DNA of 62,691 nt, filler included, from Sphacelaria rigidula (GCA_964200075.2; 9 parts of 9 records of this genome joined end to end with filler, not necessarily neighbours in it); one strand, 5' to 3'; counted from the whole stretch's first letter, positions 35,848 through 49,543 are shown. A program made the numbers and translations. Notes: a model not told the origin generated them from the letters alone.

Positions 35848-38800
35848 TCACACGCTTCTGCAGCGAATCAACGGAGATGTCAAAGGTATATTTGCAGCAG
35901 CACAGAAGATCATGCGACTGCTGCGTACCGCCTCTCCGGCCTCTGCTGCACCTTCTGGGTCCACACTTGCTCTCTGCATGCCCAGCAGCAGCCGATTGAC
36001 CAAAACGCTGTTTTTGGAGAAAGATACACACGCGCTCATTCGCAGTGCTGTAGGATGGTGATTTTGTTTCAAAGGGCACGTGCGGTAGTTCAAATGAAGC
36101 GCCGTGCTCTTGTGCAGAGGCATCAAAAACCAGAATGAAAAATGATCAATATTTCGCAGAGTTAGGGGCGACAAATAAAAAGGGTTCCTTCATTGGTACT
36201 ATTCGGGGAATAGGGACGTTTGCATTTTTTCTCATATCATGTCCAATAGTGAAGAGCGACTATGTCGTGGGTACGCAAAATTCGACTTAACGGTCAACGA
36301 CGGAAAGGGGTCGCTAATTTCGCGATAAAAATAGAAGGCAAGCACCGCAGAAGGAAGGTGGGCCACTGAAAAAAAAAAAAAAGCTCCACTGTGCTGACCT
36401 TCCTCCTGTGTGACTCCGGCTGATGCGCCCACATATACCGAAAGGTGTCGACCGGTGTCCAGAATAGATGGGACGACAACACACACACTTTATATTTGTG
36501 ATCCGAAAGGTTCATTCCAACGGTTGTTGCATTTTCGGAACACCCACAGGTTCCGACACGCTCAAAAGTTGTACGAAGTATGAGTAACTGTTACTGACTG
36601 GTTTGTACTATGAACTTATGGCTTAGTCGCCTTGGAGAAGGCAGCCTCAGTCCACCTTTGCCCTGATATCTTCTCACGAACAGAGGCTCAAGTCGTGTGT
36701 GCTAGGTTGCAATGCGCACAGCTGGGTGCAGCAAATCAATAGAGGTCCAATAACAGCAGTAGCAAATTGAATCCAGGTGTTCACACAAACAAAATAGGTT
36801 ATCTCCTTCTAGTTCACAGTACGAACCAGAGCCAGTAGTTTTCCCGCGACCACAAACTCTCTGGTAAGGATTCACTTGGAAGTCAGAGCAACGGCGGCAA
36901 GGCTGATGATATCCTGGGCCCAAGATGAAGTGAGCTCAGATGGGCTCGGAGTGATGGTGTAACTACCTTACGCAGGAATTATATCCGTACCAAATCATAA
37001 TACAACAACCAAGGAGCAGAAATTGTCCATCAAACGAACGTTCCGGGAACACTATTCGTTGTGCACATGATCATTCAATGTGCAGCAGACATCAACCATA
37101 CTGTATCTCTCATCGAGTATTCGGAACATGAAATTGGATATTTCAACAAAGTGGCATGCCTCGGCGGGTGACCAAGAGTCATATCCAGCGTTTATTGACT
37201 CTATCTGTATGTCCGGCGCGACGCTAGTTCCTTCAAATACCATAACATTTGGTACACACACCAAATCTTTGAAATATGATTGCACTCCTTAATGCCCTGG
37301 TAGCTATTGACAACAACTACACGCTCTACAACAATGGATTTCGATAACTGAAATGTTGGAGTCCCAGATGAAGTAAGGGTTATGGGCAATCGGGCGGTCC
37401 ATTTTGATCACCTACAGTCCCATATATTTTTTTCACCTAATGTTACAGGGTGGATGATGACCCTGAATAGAAGGCTATAGGGTGATGCGATTGCGGGTCT
37501 GCCGAACCACTCTTCAGCCCAATGACGATTTATAAAAGATAAAGACGCTACCTCCCACAAGCGCACACGAGGTCAAAGAAAGAAAGAGACCGAAAACCAA
37601 TGCAATCCGAGGGCAAGTATGTTCATATCGTATCACGATAACCGAATTGCACTGCACCATTGCTGACTGCTAAATGCGGCATCATCCACCCTTCACCAAG
37701 GGGTGCTGATCTTCTGCAAGCTAATCGACTCAAGAAGCAAAAGGTATGCACGATCTTGGTGTGAAGTAGCGACTTCGTATTGCCGTTTTATACTGTAATA
37801 CGGGGTCCCAGGATGCCTTGCGTACCCAATGCAACCCATCTAGAGGCTACCTACCTTCCACACCTAACCAATGCCTAATTTGTTTCTGCGACATGGTGCC
37901 CAACCGAGAGGGCAGGAGAGACAAACGCACGCACTCAGCGTGCGGTTCGCCGGATGAAATGTAGACCGCAGCCCGGCCCGTAGTGAAGTGGGTATTGTTT
38001 CGTACTGTCTGTCACAACCCCTCAATCATCATGGTGTACAAGAGGTTGCGCCCCGGGTCAAATGCACAACCCGCTGCCGCAACCCGTATTTCGTATATTG
38101 TAGTCGCCGTTGCGCTGTAGTGCATCTAAACTCTCTACGGCAACCTCGGCACGATGCGCGCTTAAGAGTGCGTGATCAGTTGTACTACTGCATGCTCTGT
38201 TTCCGTCCGCACAAAACCGGGGTGGGGTCAAATGCGGCAGAATTTTCAAACAATCAGATGAAGAGTATGCAGCTGTGTGTTCGGTCTGCAGTAACTACTG
38301 TATACTCGTTGTACCGCAGAAGACACGCAAGGCAGCTGCATGCAGGTTGAGGCAAAAATATTGAACCAGCACGAAGCTGCTATATCCTCAGTGACTGTTG
38401 GTAGCAGCTGTCTGCCTCACAGCAGCACAATGTGCGGGTCCAGGGTCAGATTTATGCTTATCAAAGTTTTGGAAAACTGCCCTACAGGGTCCGCAAATAT
38501 TTGTTGTTGCTGGCTTACAATCATGGTGGACACACTGGTTATCTCACATGATTTGGACCTGGTCGCATAAGACATCGCCCTAGGAAACAAAGGCATACAA
38601 CGAACCTTGCTAGTGGTGGCGGGGTCACCTTTCCTAACCATCCTGCTTATCCAGCATCAACATCGCAGGGCTGGTACCCGTGTCGGGCACGAACCAGGTT
38701 CTACTGCCACAATCAGTTGTCCCCCCGCACACAAACGCTCATATATGCCTTCTTGCTGATCGATACGAGTAACCGGTACACTGTACTACAGTATACAAGC

Positions 38801-39800
38801 TAAGTCAATGAGCCGGCAGTGCATCTCGAGAAACATCGTGCTGAGGTAAGCAACGGTGACTGATAATTATCCACGGCTCTGTGTTCTCACACGACTGGTA
38901 AGTCAAACATGTGCGGTACAACTATAGACTACACGGATAAAACAGAGCAGCATGATGAGAACCGTTTGTGCACAGCAGGTTTGGGACATCGTTCCAGCTT
39001 TAAAAACTAGAACACTGCCCAGGCATATTCAAATCAACTGGTTACTCGCGCGGACTGAACATAACGGATGCATCCTTTTTTTTTGTTCGACTCAACGAAC
39101 ATACTTTCCCAGGCAGCGGCGACGATCAGCTTTCGCATGAAAAGAGACTCATTACAAACCTCATGCTTATATATGCATGCTGCCCACATGGTGCACACTC
39201 AACGAATCCATCAACATGAAATGTTAACCCAAATGTCAAAATACACCACACATGCAATGTTCAAAATAACAGTAATCGCCGCCGCCATCGGAACAATTGG
39301 TCGTAACTCCCACAAAGAGAACGGTATATCCGGTTGTACTCTCCCACAAGCGACCCAACACGCTGTATTTCCCCCCCAACCCTCCACGTGCAGGAGGTTC
39401 CTTCTTTTCAGGCTATAAGCGCATGAGTGTATATTACAAATGAGTCCCCACATAGCTCCTACGACAGTGTAACGGGCACAACGATCGACTTGACTCACAT
39501 CCAGTGCAACGCGTATTCTTCCGTGCACAATATTGCCCGAACAGGGATACATTGATTGCTTGCAAGACTACTCGGAACTAATGAAGTTGTTTTTTATGCG
39601 AGACATGAGCTCAGTTCCTCCTTCTTCTTCTTTTTCTCCTTTTTCTCCTTCTTCATTTTTCTTTCCTTCTTGGACATGAACGATAATGAAACGACATGCA
39701 CCTAGGTCATTGTTCTCCTCTGAACCGGCATGTAACACACTATGCTCACTCATCCCATCAACAACCATGAAACGCCAATCGATTTCAACAGCTAACATGA
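35848..39800 (-). mobile_element. Highly degenerate KDZ/CxC (HMGXB3-like) transposase relic
   Basis: Ordered minus-strand fragments: Cys/His N-terminal piece (about 39130-39550), DIAASCWFNIFAST (about 38345-38390), FKDLVCVPNVMVFEGTSVA (about 37215-37275), GDNLFCLCEH (about 36775-36810) and SYNF*AC (about 36550-36580). Motif recall only. Confidence 0.4.
36240..36489 (+). mobile_element. tRNA-derived SINE, 5'-truncated
   Basis: Family core ending gggacgacaacacacacac; contains the empty TTAA site (gacttaacgg). Confidence 0.88.
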
Positions 39801-41937
39801 CAATATTCTGTGTCGGGCAACGCGATCAACAGACCACTGATCACACCAAAAAATAAAAAAGGAGAAAAAAGGAAATGGCTTATGCCCCGAACAAGATAAG
39901 TCATTATTCAGGATCGTTTGCCGCAAGCAATCCTCATGCAGCGTTTCATTTTATGTTTATTTTGGCATTTTGTTTTAGCCTCACTCTTGATTTCTGCCTT
40001 CATTTTGTTGTACGTCAATACACGACCCACTCAGACTCAGACTAAACATCACCGGCTGAGTAAGCACCGACTTGAGTGGAAATGTTACTCGTTTAATTTT
40101 TTTTTCTCCTCCAGTTTTTTTTGTGGAATATTTGAACCGTCGGCATCATAGTAGATCGCTCACCAGCGTTGAATAGAACTGGTATACGCTTGTTTAATAC
40201 GGGATATTAGCTCATTTTTCTCTTCTTCCTTTTTGTCAAGAAAGAGGCGATAAAACATTTTTTCATATACATAACCGACGTGTACTTTACTCACAATATA
40301 CGCTACATTATGCATGATTATCCCACTATCACCCATGAAATGTCAAACAACACACAATGTCTACTCACATGTGAAAATATGCCGTGGAAGCAACGCGATT
40401 AATATACTACACCGCCGCCGCAAAAAAAAGAAAAGAAGAAGAATTGGTTCATTTTCCGCATTGAAAAATCGATATATCCAGGTCTGCTCGCCTGCGAGTA
40501 ACTTCCATACATTCGATGTATTTATTTTGCACCACGCAGTTGAGGAAATCTATACACAAGCCAACTTTCCACAGGTTTACCCCCTACCAGGTGAACCCTG
40601 CCTCAAGGTGGGGCGTCAAATGACAGGTACAATAATGGGTGACTCGATCAGCTCCCACCCATCCATCGGAAGAATATTTTTCTCTTCATTCATTTTTTTT
40701 TTATAGTAGCGTCCCAGAGCCCTTCTATGAGTACCGCGAACCATACCATTGTCGGTACCGCACCACAGCACGATTGTACATGTGACCTAGAGCACAACAC
40801 GACACACGCAACAAGACACCCAGGAGTCCGTCCAGCAACACAGGTAATATCGTCCAGTTCAGGTACGAGCCGAGACGGGGAACAGAACCGGGAGGGTATC
40901 GTAGCACCATGTACTGGCAGTTTTATCCTCAAGCCCTAGTACCAAGATTGTTCGACCATTTGAAAAATAAGAAAAGGGGAGATGAAAAACAGTTTCCCAC
41001 TGTATCTCATGCAACAACAGCTCTACGATCACGAGCACTGAAACTCTGGAGGAGAGCACATGTGATTACCACAATACATGCTGAATTGCTACTCATCCGC
41101 AATGCTCCTGGGCTTTCTCCGGCGACGACTCTTGCGTCCGGCTTCTCACCTTACCGACGCTCTTGCTGCCCGTACACCATAGGGTTTCATGCTTGCGGTG
41201 ACAGTTTAGCTTTTGGGAACTCTGACATTGTATTTTGTGCTCAACCTTGCTGACTATATTTTATCGTGTTTGTGTTCGTCACCGTTGTGTTTTCGCTTGT
41301 ACTGCATCACCGGATATTATTTTTGCGGTGACCGTTTTTGTCCTGGGGAAAACACGAATTAAGTGGGTCTCGCATATTTTGTATATTGGGATTTTAGTCG
41401 CAGTGCATATTCTACACACGTACAATTCCTCGCGTACTGATGTCTATACTTGTTGCATTGAGTGATGGAGTCCTTTCCGTACCCTTATTTATATCATAAG
41501 TTATGTGTCGAATTCAGTGCTCGACACGGAACGAGTCGGTACGCGACAGGAGTGACAAGACCAAGGCATGCTCTTATCTTCATGTACTCAGTGCTCCCAA
41601 CTTGTGCTGACCCCGGCTGACCTTACACTTTATTGCCTTCATCCCACACCCTTGTCCTGGGTATATGTGTCATCACCGAGAGAAACGGCGCTAAATGCAG
41701 TGGCGACCGTTTATCCCCCACCAGGCCACGCCGGGACGCGGAAGCACGGTACATCGAGGACGNNNNNNNNNNNNNNNNNNNNNNNNNNNNNNNNNNNNNN
41801 NNNNNNTTAATTAATTAANNNNNNNNNNNNNNNNNNNNNNNNNNNNNNNNNNNNNNNNNNNNGTGGGGAAAGCACAGTTTTAGGCTTGAGCCTCATCTCG
41901 AAGTTAAACCTCAATTCGCACAATTTGTTGTTACTTG

Positions 41938-42398
41938 ATGGCGAAATCTGTGCCGAAAACTAGGGGATAGGCCATTTTCATCCCCGCATTATTTTATTTT
42001 TTTCAAAACGGATCGCACTAGTGTCAAACACATTTGTACCAAAGGAAAAGGCCTGAAACGTCCCAGGTGTTCCATTTTCGTAGTCATTATCCATTTCTGC
42101 AGAAGAACGAGTGATTAGGGGGCACCACTCAACGTGCGTGATAGAGCACCTTAATCAAAACCGATGAACAACAAACTTTGGGAGATTACTATCAGAACGT
42201 ATTTCAATGGGTTGAAGAAAAAGAAATTAAAACAATAGTTTTGGTCGAGTACGGCGTTGCCAAACACCAACCTAATGGCGAAATCTGTTCCGGAAAACAG
42301 GGAATGGGTGATCTTCATCCCCGGATTGATTTGGTTTTTTAACGGACAGCGCTAATCTCGTAAACATTTGTACCGAAGGAGAAGGTCTAAGACGTCTA
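41938..42398. repeat. Diverged direct repeat, period about 337 bp
   Basis: atggcgaaatctgt(g/t)ccg...tcatcccc...acatttgtacc(a/g)aagga(a/g)aagg occurs twice. Confidence 0.8.
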
Positions 42399-43144
42399 AG
42401 TCGCGAGAAATCAACTACTGCGTAAAGTGTACCGTAGTAGAAACAGAGGGTGTTTTGGCCGCATTTTGATTACTTTTCAATTTTGAAAAGCTTGGGTGAT
42501 ACTATGGGCATTGTTTTACGTGTCGGTTCCCACGAACCAGAGTTATTCCCGTCAGGTGCCTTAAGCGTACCTTCATTGGGACATTTACCACTAGGGTCTT
42601 CAGCGCAGACATGATGAGGTTCAAGTGTAGAGGCTAGGTCGAAATAGGGCTCATCGACACAGTTGGCAGAGCATTCTATCAGAGGCGCGGTATTAGGCGC
42701 CGGAAGATCAGGTGCGCGCATGTCTCAAACGGAATGTGCATTAAGGTAGCAGCGGCGATTCCCAAGACATCACCGGGTGCCAAGCCAGCATGGCCCGCGA
42801 GGGGTAGGGGTGGGAGTCGTTTTCCCGCTGAGACAAAACGCTCGGGGCTGGGAGACGCGCCAAATCGGGGAAACGTTTCGGTAAGATAATGTTCTGTACG
42901 TGCATAGACATACTATTTTGATGAACGAGTGCAGCTTCTAGCAGTTGAAAATCGGTGAACTGGTGCAACTTCCAGCAGTTGCGAGTCACCGTAACCTCGG
43001 CGTTGCAGGAAAAAAACACACACACACACACATGTTCTCCCAAGAGCACATCAGGGAAGATGCATGGGTCTTCAGATACCGACTCGTCAATATCTTGCGT
43101 CACATACCACGAAGACCCCACAACGAGACAATGAAAGCTGCCCA

Positions 43145-45116
43145 TCAAAATATTGATAAGCGAACAGCGCATGATTGAAAGTCACCAATCCGACGATTGT
43201 CAAAGTCGAAGCATGTGGAGAGAAAAAAAGCATAATTAACCGTTGAAAAAGCACTGTACAGCCATTCATTCTTTCGTTGTAGCTTTTCCCTGTATTGTCT
43301 CGAATATACCTTTGCCTCGCAGTACACAGAAGAAGGTGTGCAAAGCATTCATTTCGTTCAAAGGCACTCACAACTACATGTGGGACTCTACTATCTACCG
43401 AGGAACGCACGCGCAACTGTCTCCTCACTACGTTGATGCTTTTTGTCATACTTTCTACCCCGCCGCGTTCTCGGGACGAGACCATGTTCTCTCTATACTA
43501 TGGTATCGGTCCATCTCTCCCGCGGCACACGCGTAACATTTTGGTTCCGGGAATAGGATCATGACTATCAGTACTCCCACACCGGGGTCACTCTCGTCCA
43601 ACAGACTCAAGTTATTCAAATTACAGTAGTAATTCTCGCCACTCACGTCCTCGCGCTTTCAACGGTAGAAATGAGGCGCTCCAACGACAACTCGGAACAA
43701 AACGCATTCAGCGGGCTTCGAACCCACGATTTTTCGGGCGAAATGGCTTCAGTTGTACAATTATACTACCGCGGTGCGGTCATGTACTCTTATGTATCCA
43801 CGAAAACAAGGCTCTCAAGCGGAGTCAAATGCCTTACGAAATACTTCGTACGTCGTATTGGTCCGTTGGAAAGTATGCACAAATCTACAAGATATTCAAT
43901 CAACTAGTTGACGCCCTTTCCCTATCCGCGATCAACAAGAATTTGTCTTCTTCAGACCGAGTTCGTTCTTACTGTAATGCGCGAGAGGACCGCGTGCTTA
44001 GAGGACCACGCCGTAGTCCATAACACCCCAGGATCGATGTTTTTCGAAACCAATGGGGCCAGTCCCTGCAGGAACCACGCCCCTGACCCGAACCACAACA
44101 CTAACCCTAACCCTAACCCCAACCATAGGAATGCTCAAATTCAGATGCGGTCCTCTAAGCACGCGGTCCTCTCACGCACTACACCTATAAAAACATGGGC
44201 AATGTGGAAAAGTCTCACTCCCCCAGCCACACGCTCACGCGCGAAACGACAAAACAACAACCCGCCGAAATATGCATCTTCGCATCCATCCTTGAAGAAT
44301 AGAATATGACCTAAACGGCAACTTATGAATTCCCATCTATTCCACACACTGGCCTCTCCTTCACAAGTTGCACCTCCACATGTTCTACTATCTCTGATGA
44401 GATAAGTGACAAGTCTCACCGTCATGTGCAAACGGTTGCAATGCTGCCAGTGTCGGTTGTAATGTAGCATCGACGACGTGCACGCATCTGCATTTACTTG
44501 TTCACATCCGCACTTGTTCACGTACGCATAGCACTTGATTCGTGCACACCCAACGTATGTGTTCACTTTTCGATGCCACCTCATCCAATTCCAGCAAAAG
44601 CATGGCCTGTTCTACTCACCTCCTGTTTATATTAGTCGTCTCGGGGAAATGAGGCCAAACTACTCTCCTCCCTGTACCCTTGGCTCCGTCTTGTGGTTGC
44701 TTCAAGAACTTGCAGCATATTGCATGCTAACATACATACACAAATTCACGTCCGACAGAACTGAAACGTTCCACGGGCGCATTCGATGGAATTACAAACC
44801 AAAAACAGGCAGACAAGGGATGGGCAGAGAAAAGCTTGTACAGGCACAAAGTGCCAACTCCGTTGCTTGCTTTGTTCACAATGCGTCCGGGCACGACGCA
44901 CACGTTCACTCCGAGCGCCCGCAGCGAGTCGCGTGCGGTACCTTCGACCGTGGCCATTTTTCTGCGAATATATACAGCGATACGTTCGGGGTATTGTGGC
45001 TCTAGATACGGAGGTTTATAGTGCCGAGGTGCATGGCAAGACAGTCGATGAAAGCATGCAGGGGTGAAGCACTGGGATCTAGAGAGAAGGTTTCGCAACC
45101 AATGTGAATTCATCAC
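43145..45116 (-). mobile_element. Degenerate KDZ/CxC-type transposase relic interrupted by the telomere-repeat MITE
   Basis: In order on minus: KCGCEQVNADAC..MLHYN..GGATCEG (CxC-like), FLLIAD, GENYY..LDESD..LFPEPKCYACAAGEMDRY (cf. HG.Y..ES..P..YD.AC), YDKKH, and KNEWLYSAFSTVNYAFFL..DNRR (cf. EQ.N.WL..M...F..N.R). Confidence 0.5.
43972..44185. mobile_element. MITE with internal (CCCTAA)n; inverted copy of 19855-20069
   Basis: Same TIRs; ctaaccctaaccctaacccc at about 44101-44120. Confidence 0.9.
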
Positions 45117-45291
45117 AATAGTTCATCGAAGTTTATGGGGGCTGGGTGGGGTAGTAAAAGAGTAAAGGAACGACCGACCATATCTGCTCTACGTGACCGG
45201 CCCCTATTTCAGCGCAACTATGATCCCGGCACTTTGATTTATTTATTTAATCGTTTATTTATTTGTCGCACTTTGAACCCCTCTTCCTTGG

Positions 45292-45541
45292 GAGTGATGC
45301 TGCGATAGGGTCTGCACTTTTGGGGCCAAATCCGACCTGATTCAGGGGTTCCTAACAATTACGAACTACACAAGAATATGATCCCCGTTTGCAAATTCAT
45401 TCGGGATATCCCTAGTAAATTGGAAGAGAACCCCTGGCGTATTCTCACCTTTTTCGAAAGTCGTGTTTTGGATGAAATAAAGGGTTCCTAACAATTCTAC
45501 TCTTAGGCCGTAAAACTGCCGACCCTATCGCAGCATCACTC
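45292..45541. mobile_element. Sola-like MITE (250 bp), GAG...CTC ends, 4-bp TSD TTGG
   Basis: TTGG-gagtgatgctgcgatagggtc...gaccctatcgcagcatcactc-TTGG; 21-bp perfect TIR. Confidence 0.85.
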
Positions 45542-46215
45542 TTGGACGACTGTGGTCTCTTCCTCGAGCGAGTGTGGTCTCAACAGATCAACTCATCTCT
45601 CGCCGTTACACGCCTTGCATTTGGATCAGCACTCCCGTACCGCGTCAACTCACGTCAAACAAACTCAGTCGACTACTTTGTTCAATACTACGAAGGAAAC
45701 AACACATCGGAAATCGAGCCCTCGTTCTCTCCACCCTAATGGCGACAGTCGGACCAATACACCGCCGCGAGGGCGCGGCGGCTAAGTACACTGCAACTTA
45801 TACTGTTTCGACTGTATGGGATCACCAAAACGGTTCCTGACATGAAACACTGCTCAAGTCCTGTAATGTTCGCCCTGTAGTAGTCGTATGAGTTGCTGTC
45901 ACTATCCAGGGAAAATTTCAACAGACAAAAGTGTACCAGACAACAACGAGGCAGCACGAAAAATCAGCCCGTCATACAAGGATCGTAATCGAAGATCATC
46001 GGAATAGTGCAACACACAAGACGAGTGTGCGTCATATACAGTTACCCACAGCAAGGCCCGATAATATAAGTTCGACGGAGACATGGGGCATATGTGTGTA
46101 TATCTGATGATACATTTACAATAATATACGCTTCGAAGTCACAAAATATTCGCAGAAACCAGTACAGTGTGTATCCAGTACTTCTTGGCGTGGCACTCAC
46201 AAGTCGTTCACCACC

Positions 46216-46568
46216 TTAGATGCAGCAGAGTTCGTCGGTGCAGCCAGAAAGAGGGCAATCGTCCCCGGTGCACGTAGAGTCGGGGCACTTGTCGCCGTTG
46301 GTCTCGGGGTTGGGGATCTTGCCGTTCGGGCATGCATGGCCCCAGCAAAAGGCCGCGCAGCACTCCTCCAGGGTGCAACCAGTCGTGGGGCACTTGTCGT
46401 TCACCGTTTCAGGGTCGGGGATGTACGGTCCGGGGCAAGGGTAGCTCCAGCAGAAGGACTCGCAGCATTGCTCGGTGGTGCACTCTCCGTCCGTGCACGG
46501 GACGTTCGGTGCATCCGGGATCGGGATCCACCCGTTGGGGCACGGGTGGTGACTGCACGGGATGACCG
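46216..46568 (-). CDS. Cysteine-rich repeat protein, terminal coding exon
   Basis: aacag acceptor, phase 1. Translates VIPCSHHPCPNGWIPIPDAPNVPCTDGECTTEQCCESFCWSYPCPGPYIPDPETVNDKCPTTGCTLEECCAAFCWGHACPNGKIPNPETNGDKCPDSTCTGDDCPLSGCTDELCCI*; GC-rich third positions. Confidence 0.88.
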
Positions 46569-47316
46569 CTGTTGGTAATCATCGTTGTGGTCGGTGGAGG
46601 TGTATTCGTTGACATCGTTTGTTCCGAAAATTACGTAAACATGACAAGAGGCAGGGGGGCGACGAGCACAGGGCAATAGTGACGTTTAGTCGAGGAACAG
46701 TGTGAACGATTGCACACGTCTTGAATCAATGACAACCCAGTTTCACTGGTTGTAATCCGAGCATGGATAGGTCGTGGCGTAACCGACTATAGATCAAGGA
46801 GATGTGTAATGGTTGGAAAGGAATCTTGTTTACCGAACGGGTGCCGGTGACTAGTATGAGTAGCGCACGCCATTGAGAGAGACGTTGTGGGCGTGCAGGC
46901 GCCTGGACAAAAATAAACGCTGAATTAACGGTGTTCTCCGTAGGCCAGGTGCTATTTACCCTTTTCTCATCTTATTACGGACGCGCCTAGTCGCTCCCAT
47001 GCACCCTGAAGAACACTTGAGCGGCATCGGAACCCTAAAATTCTTTGGTGCATGCTTTCTACCAGCAACGGGTCAAGGCGACGGGAAGGTGAGAAAACAG
47101 ACATCGTGGCGCCGATAACACTCCGTCCGGCGAAGCAATATCAGGAAACAAAACACAAATACATGGAAGTGGTGTTATCACTGACACGGACTCTTGGGCA
47201 CAACATACACCAGCGCTGTGGTGCCAACGGACACGCACGTCTGATGAAACACGACACAAACGTTACCCGATGACGTCGCACATCAAAAATACATGAGCAT
47301 ATCGAGATAGACTCAC

Positions 47317-47527
47317 GGACGGTGCAGCACAGATCGGGTGTGCAACCCTCATCGGGTGGGCACTTCTCGTTGATGGTCTCCGAGCTGAGATAGCCGATGG
47401 TGCATTGGAAGCCCCAGCAATAGAAGTCGCAGCACTGTTTGACGGTGCAGATCCCGTAATCGCACTCGGTCGAACCCGCGTCTACAATAGGGATACCGCC
47501 GGGGCAGCCAATGCTACTGCAGTAAAC
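47317..47527 (-). CDS. Cysteine-rich repeat protein, internal exon
   Basis: cag acceptor and gtgagt donor. Translates VYCSSIGCPGGIPIVDAGSTECDYGICTVKQCCDFYCWGFQCTIGYLSSETINEKCPPDEGCTPDLCCTV; the phase-1 end splices in frame to 46568. Confidence 0.88.
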
Positions 47528-48136
47528 CTGACATCGACATGAGGTAGGGGTAGGAGGTGCCAGCGGTCGCGTATGGATGCCTCTTCACATGCATTCTTGA
47601 AAAAAAAAAGCTGCTCCGTGTCACCGAGCAAGGGAGAAGAGGGCAAGCGAGTAATGCCTCATGTGCACTGCGTTCCTTTTTTATAGGGACAGGTTATTGC
47701 CTCAGCGCGGTGGAACTCGTTTTCGTCCGTCTATGGCACAGTGGTCTCGTTTTGAATAACAAAAATGCGAGCGCGGGGGAGCAAGCACACCTAGTACGTC
47801 ATACGCTTCGCCACACAATCATGCTCGCTAACCGCGTCAAAATTCCTTTTTCGAAATTATTCCTTAACTTCTACTTGCCTCGCCTGCTGTAACCTCCATT
47901 GACGGAAGCTCGTCGCTGTACTTCGACTGCCTACTTCTAAATACGCTGCATATCTTGCATTACTTAATTTTTAATAAAAAATATTTTTCATGCCCCCAGC
48001 TTCTTCGGAACAAATCCGGGATCTAAAGGGATCAAGCTATCTCTCCCTCTCGGTAGACGCCCGGCACGTTGGTATCACGGATTCGATCGCCACTTCTGCA
48101 CCGCGTCGAGGTCGGTCAACTTTTCTTTGCTACTAA

Positions 48137-48316
48137 GGCCAACTCTTTTGGGAGCGCTTGAAATTTATTTTGAAACATTTTCAGAGGATTTTTTTTTTCT
48201 TTCTTTGTCATCATAGTGAACGGGCACAAAATACACGACTACGGCAAAGAAGAAAAAAAATAGTCGTCTAAAATCATTGCATAATAGAATTATAAACGCT
48301 CCCATAAGAGTTGGCC
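48137..48316. mobile_element. PIF/Harbinger (Tourist-like) MITE, TAA TSD
   Basis: TAA-ggccaactcttttgggagcg...cgctcccataagagttggcc-TAA. Confidence 0.88.
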
Positions 48317-48839
48317 TAAGTCGTCACGTTTCCAACGACGGAAATCAGATACTCCTCAGACGAGTACCGGATCTACCAAATTTCGAACCCTCAACTCTGC
48401 CGTTACTACTTTGAAGACGTCACAGTTAGACGGCCGGTGCAAAGGTGATGGAACACTGAAAATGGGGTTGTCAAATTCGGGGACAACGAACGCACTGAGC
48501 AGAGCTTTCAAAAGGTGGATGCTGGGCCGGACTGCAACGTGTTTTACTGTGGGGCTGACTCTGCTCGGCAAACCAGTGGCTTTTGTCCGACCAAAGGGCC
48601 CGGTTCACATTCTGCCAGCAGTTTGTTTGTGGATCGACTCACATGTGTTTTGTAACCAGCGACGAACGGTAATTGTTTTGCGGTTCTTTAAACAGCCAAT
48701 CATCTATGTTGAGGATGGTGCTTTTGATTGAGGATGAGANNNNNNNNNNNNNNNNNNNNNNNNNNNNNNNNNNNNNNNNNNNNTTAATTAATTAANNNNN
48801 NNNNNNNNNNNNNNNNNNNNNNNNNNNNNNNNNNNNNNN

Positions 48840-48975
48840 GTAGGGTATTGAAATCAAATAAAAAAAGAAAAAGCTCCCGTGTTGACCTTCCTCCTGTGTG
48901 ACCCCGGCTGGTGCGCCCACATATACCGAAAAGTGTAGACCGACGCCCAGAATAGATGAGACGACAACACACACT
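48840..48975 (+). mobile_element. tRNA-derived SINE 3' part at contig edge
   Basis: gaccttcctcctgtgtgaccccggctggtgcgcccacatataccgaaa...gacaacacacac. Confidence 0.88.
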
Positions 48976-49543
48976 ATATACCGTCGGATGAACGTTCTCA
49001 CCACACTGCTTCAGTGCTTGCTCAGGGACAAAAAAAAACAGCTTGTACACTCCCCAGCTACAGGTCCTCGGAACAGACTCGGGCATCGAGGACTTTCAAC
49101 GAGTTCATCCCGGTACCACCATGGTTGACGACACGAGCATGTTTTACCAAAGACTCCGATCGCGATCGTAAACTACACCGTCACCCGGGGCAAACCGGTA
49201 TTCCTCAGGCAAAGGGCGAACGAAGGGTGCTCTAAGCAAACTTTGTGCGTTGGCAGGTATCAAAGCAAGCAAGTGCCTGCTTTAGCAAAACACTGGTGCT
49301 GCCCACGCCGGTGAGTACGAGAGTATATCAGCCCGTGAAGATCCAATCATCAGGGTCTCCACTGAAGGCGAAAACGGCGTGTACATATATTTAAATATAT
49401 ATGATAAGCCATTAATTTGAGTCAGGACGACAATGGGAAAGGAATTCTGTGGCAGTCGAAGGGAAGAGGCAAAAGGGGGGGGAAAAGGCGAGACGCTTTG
49501 CGCAAGAAAATAAACACAGGCACCAGACACATACGCATCTCAC

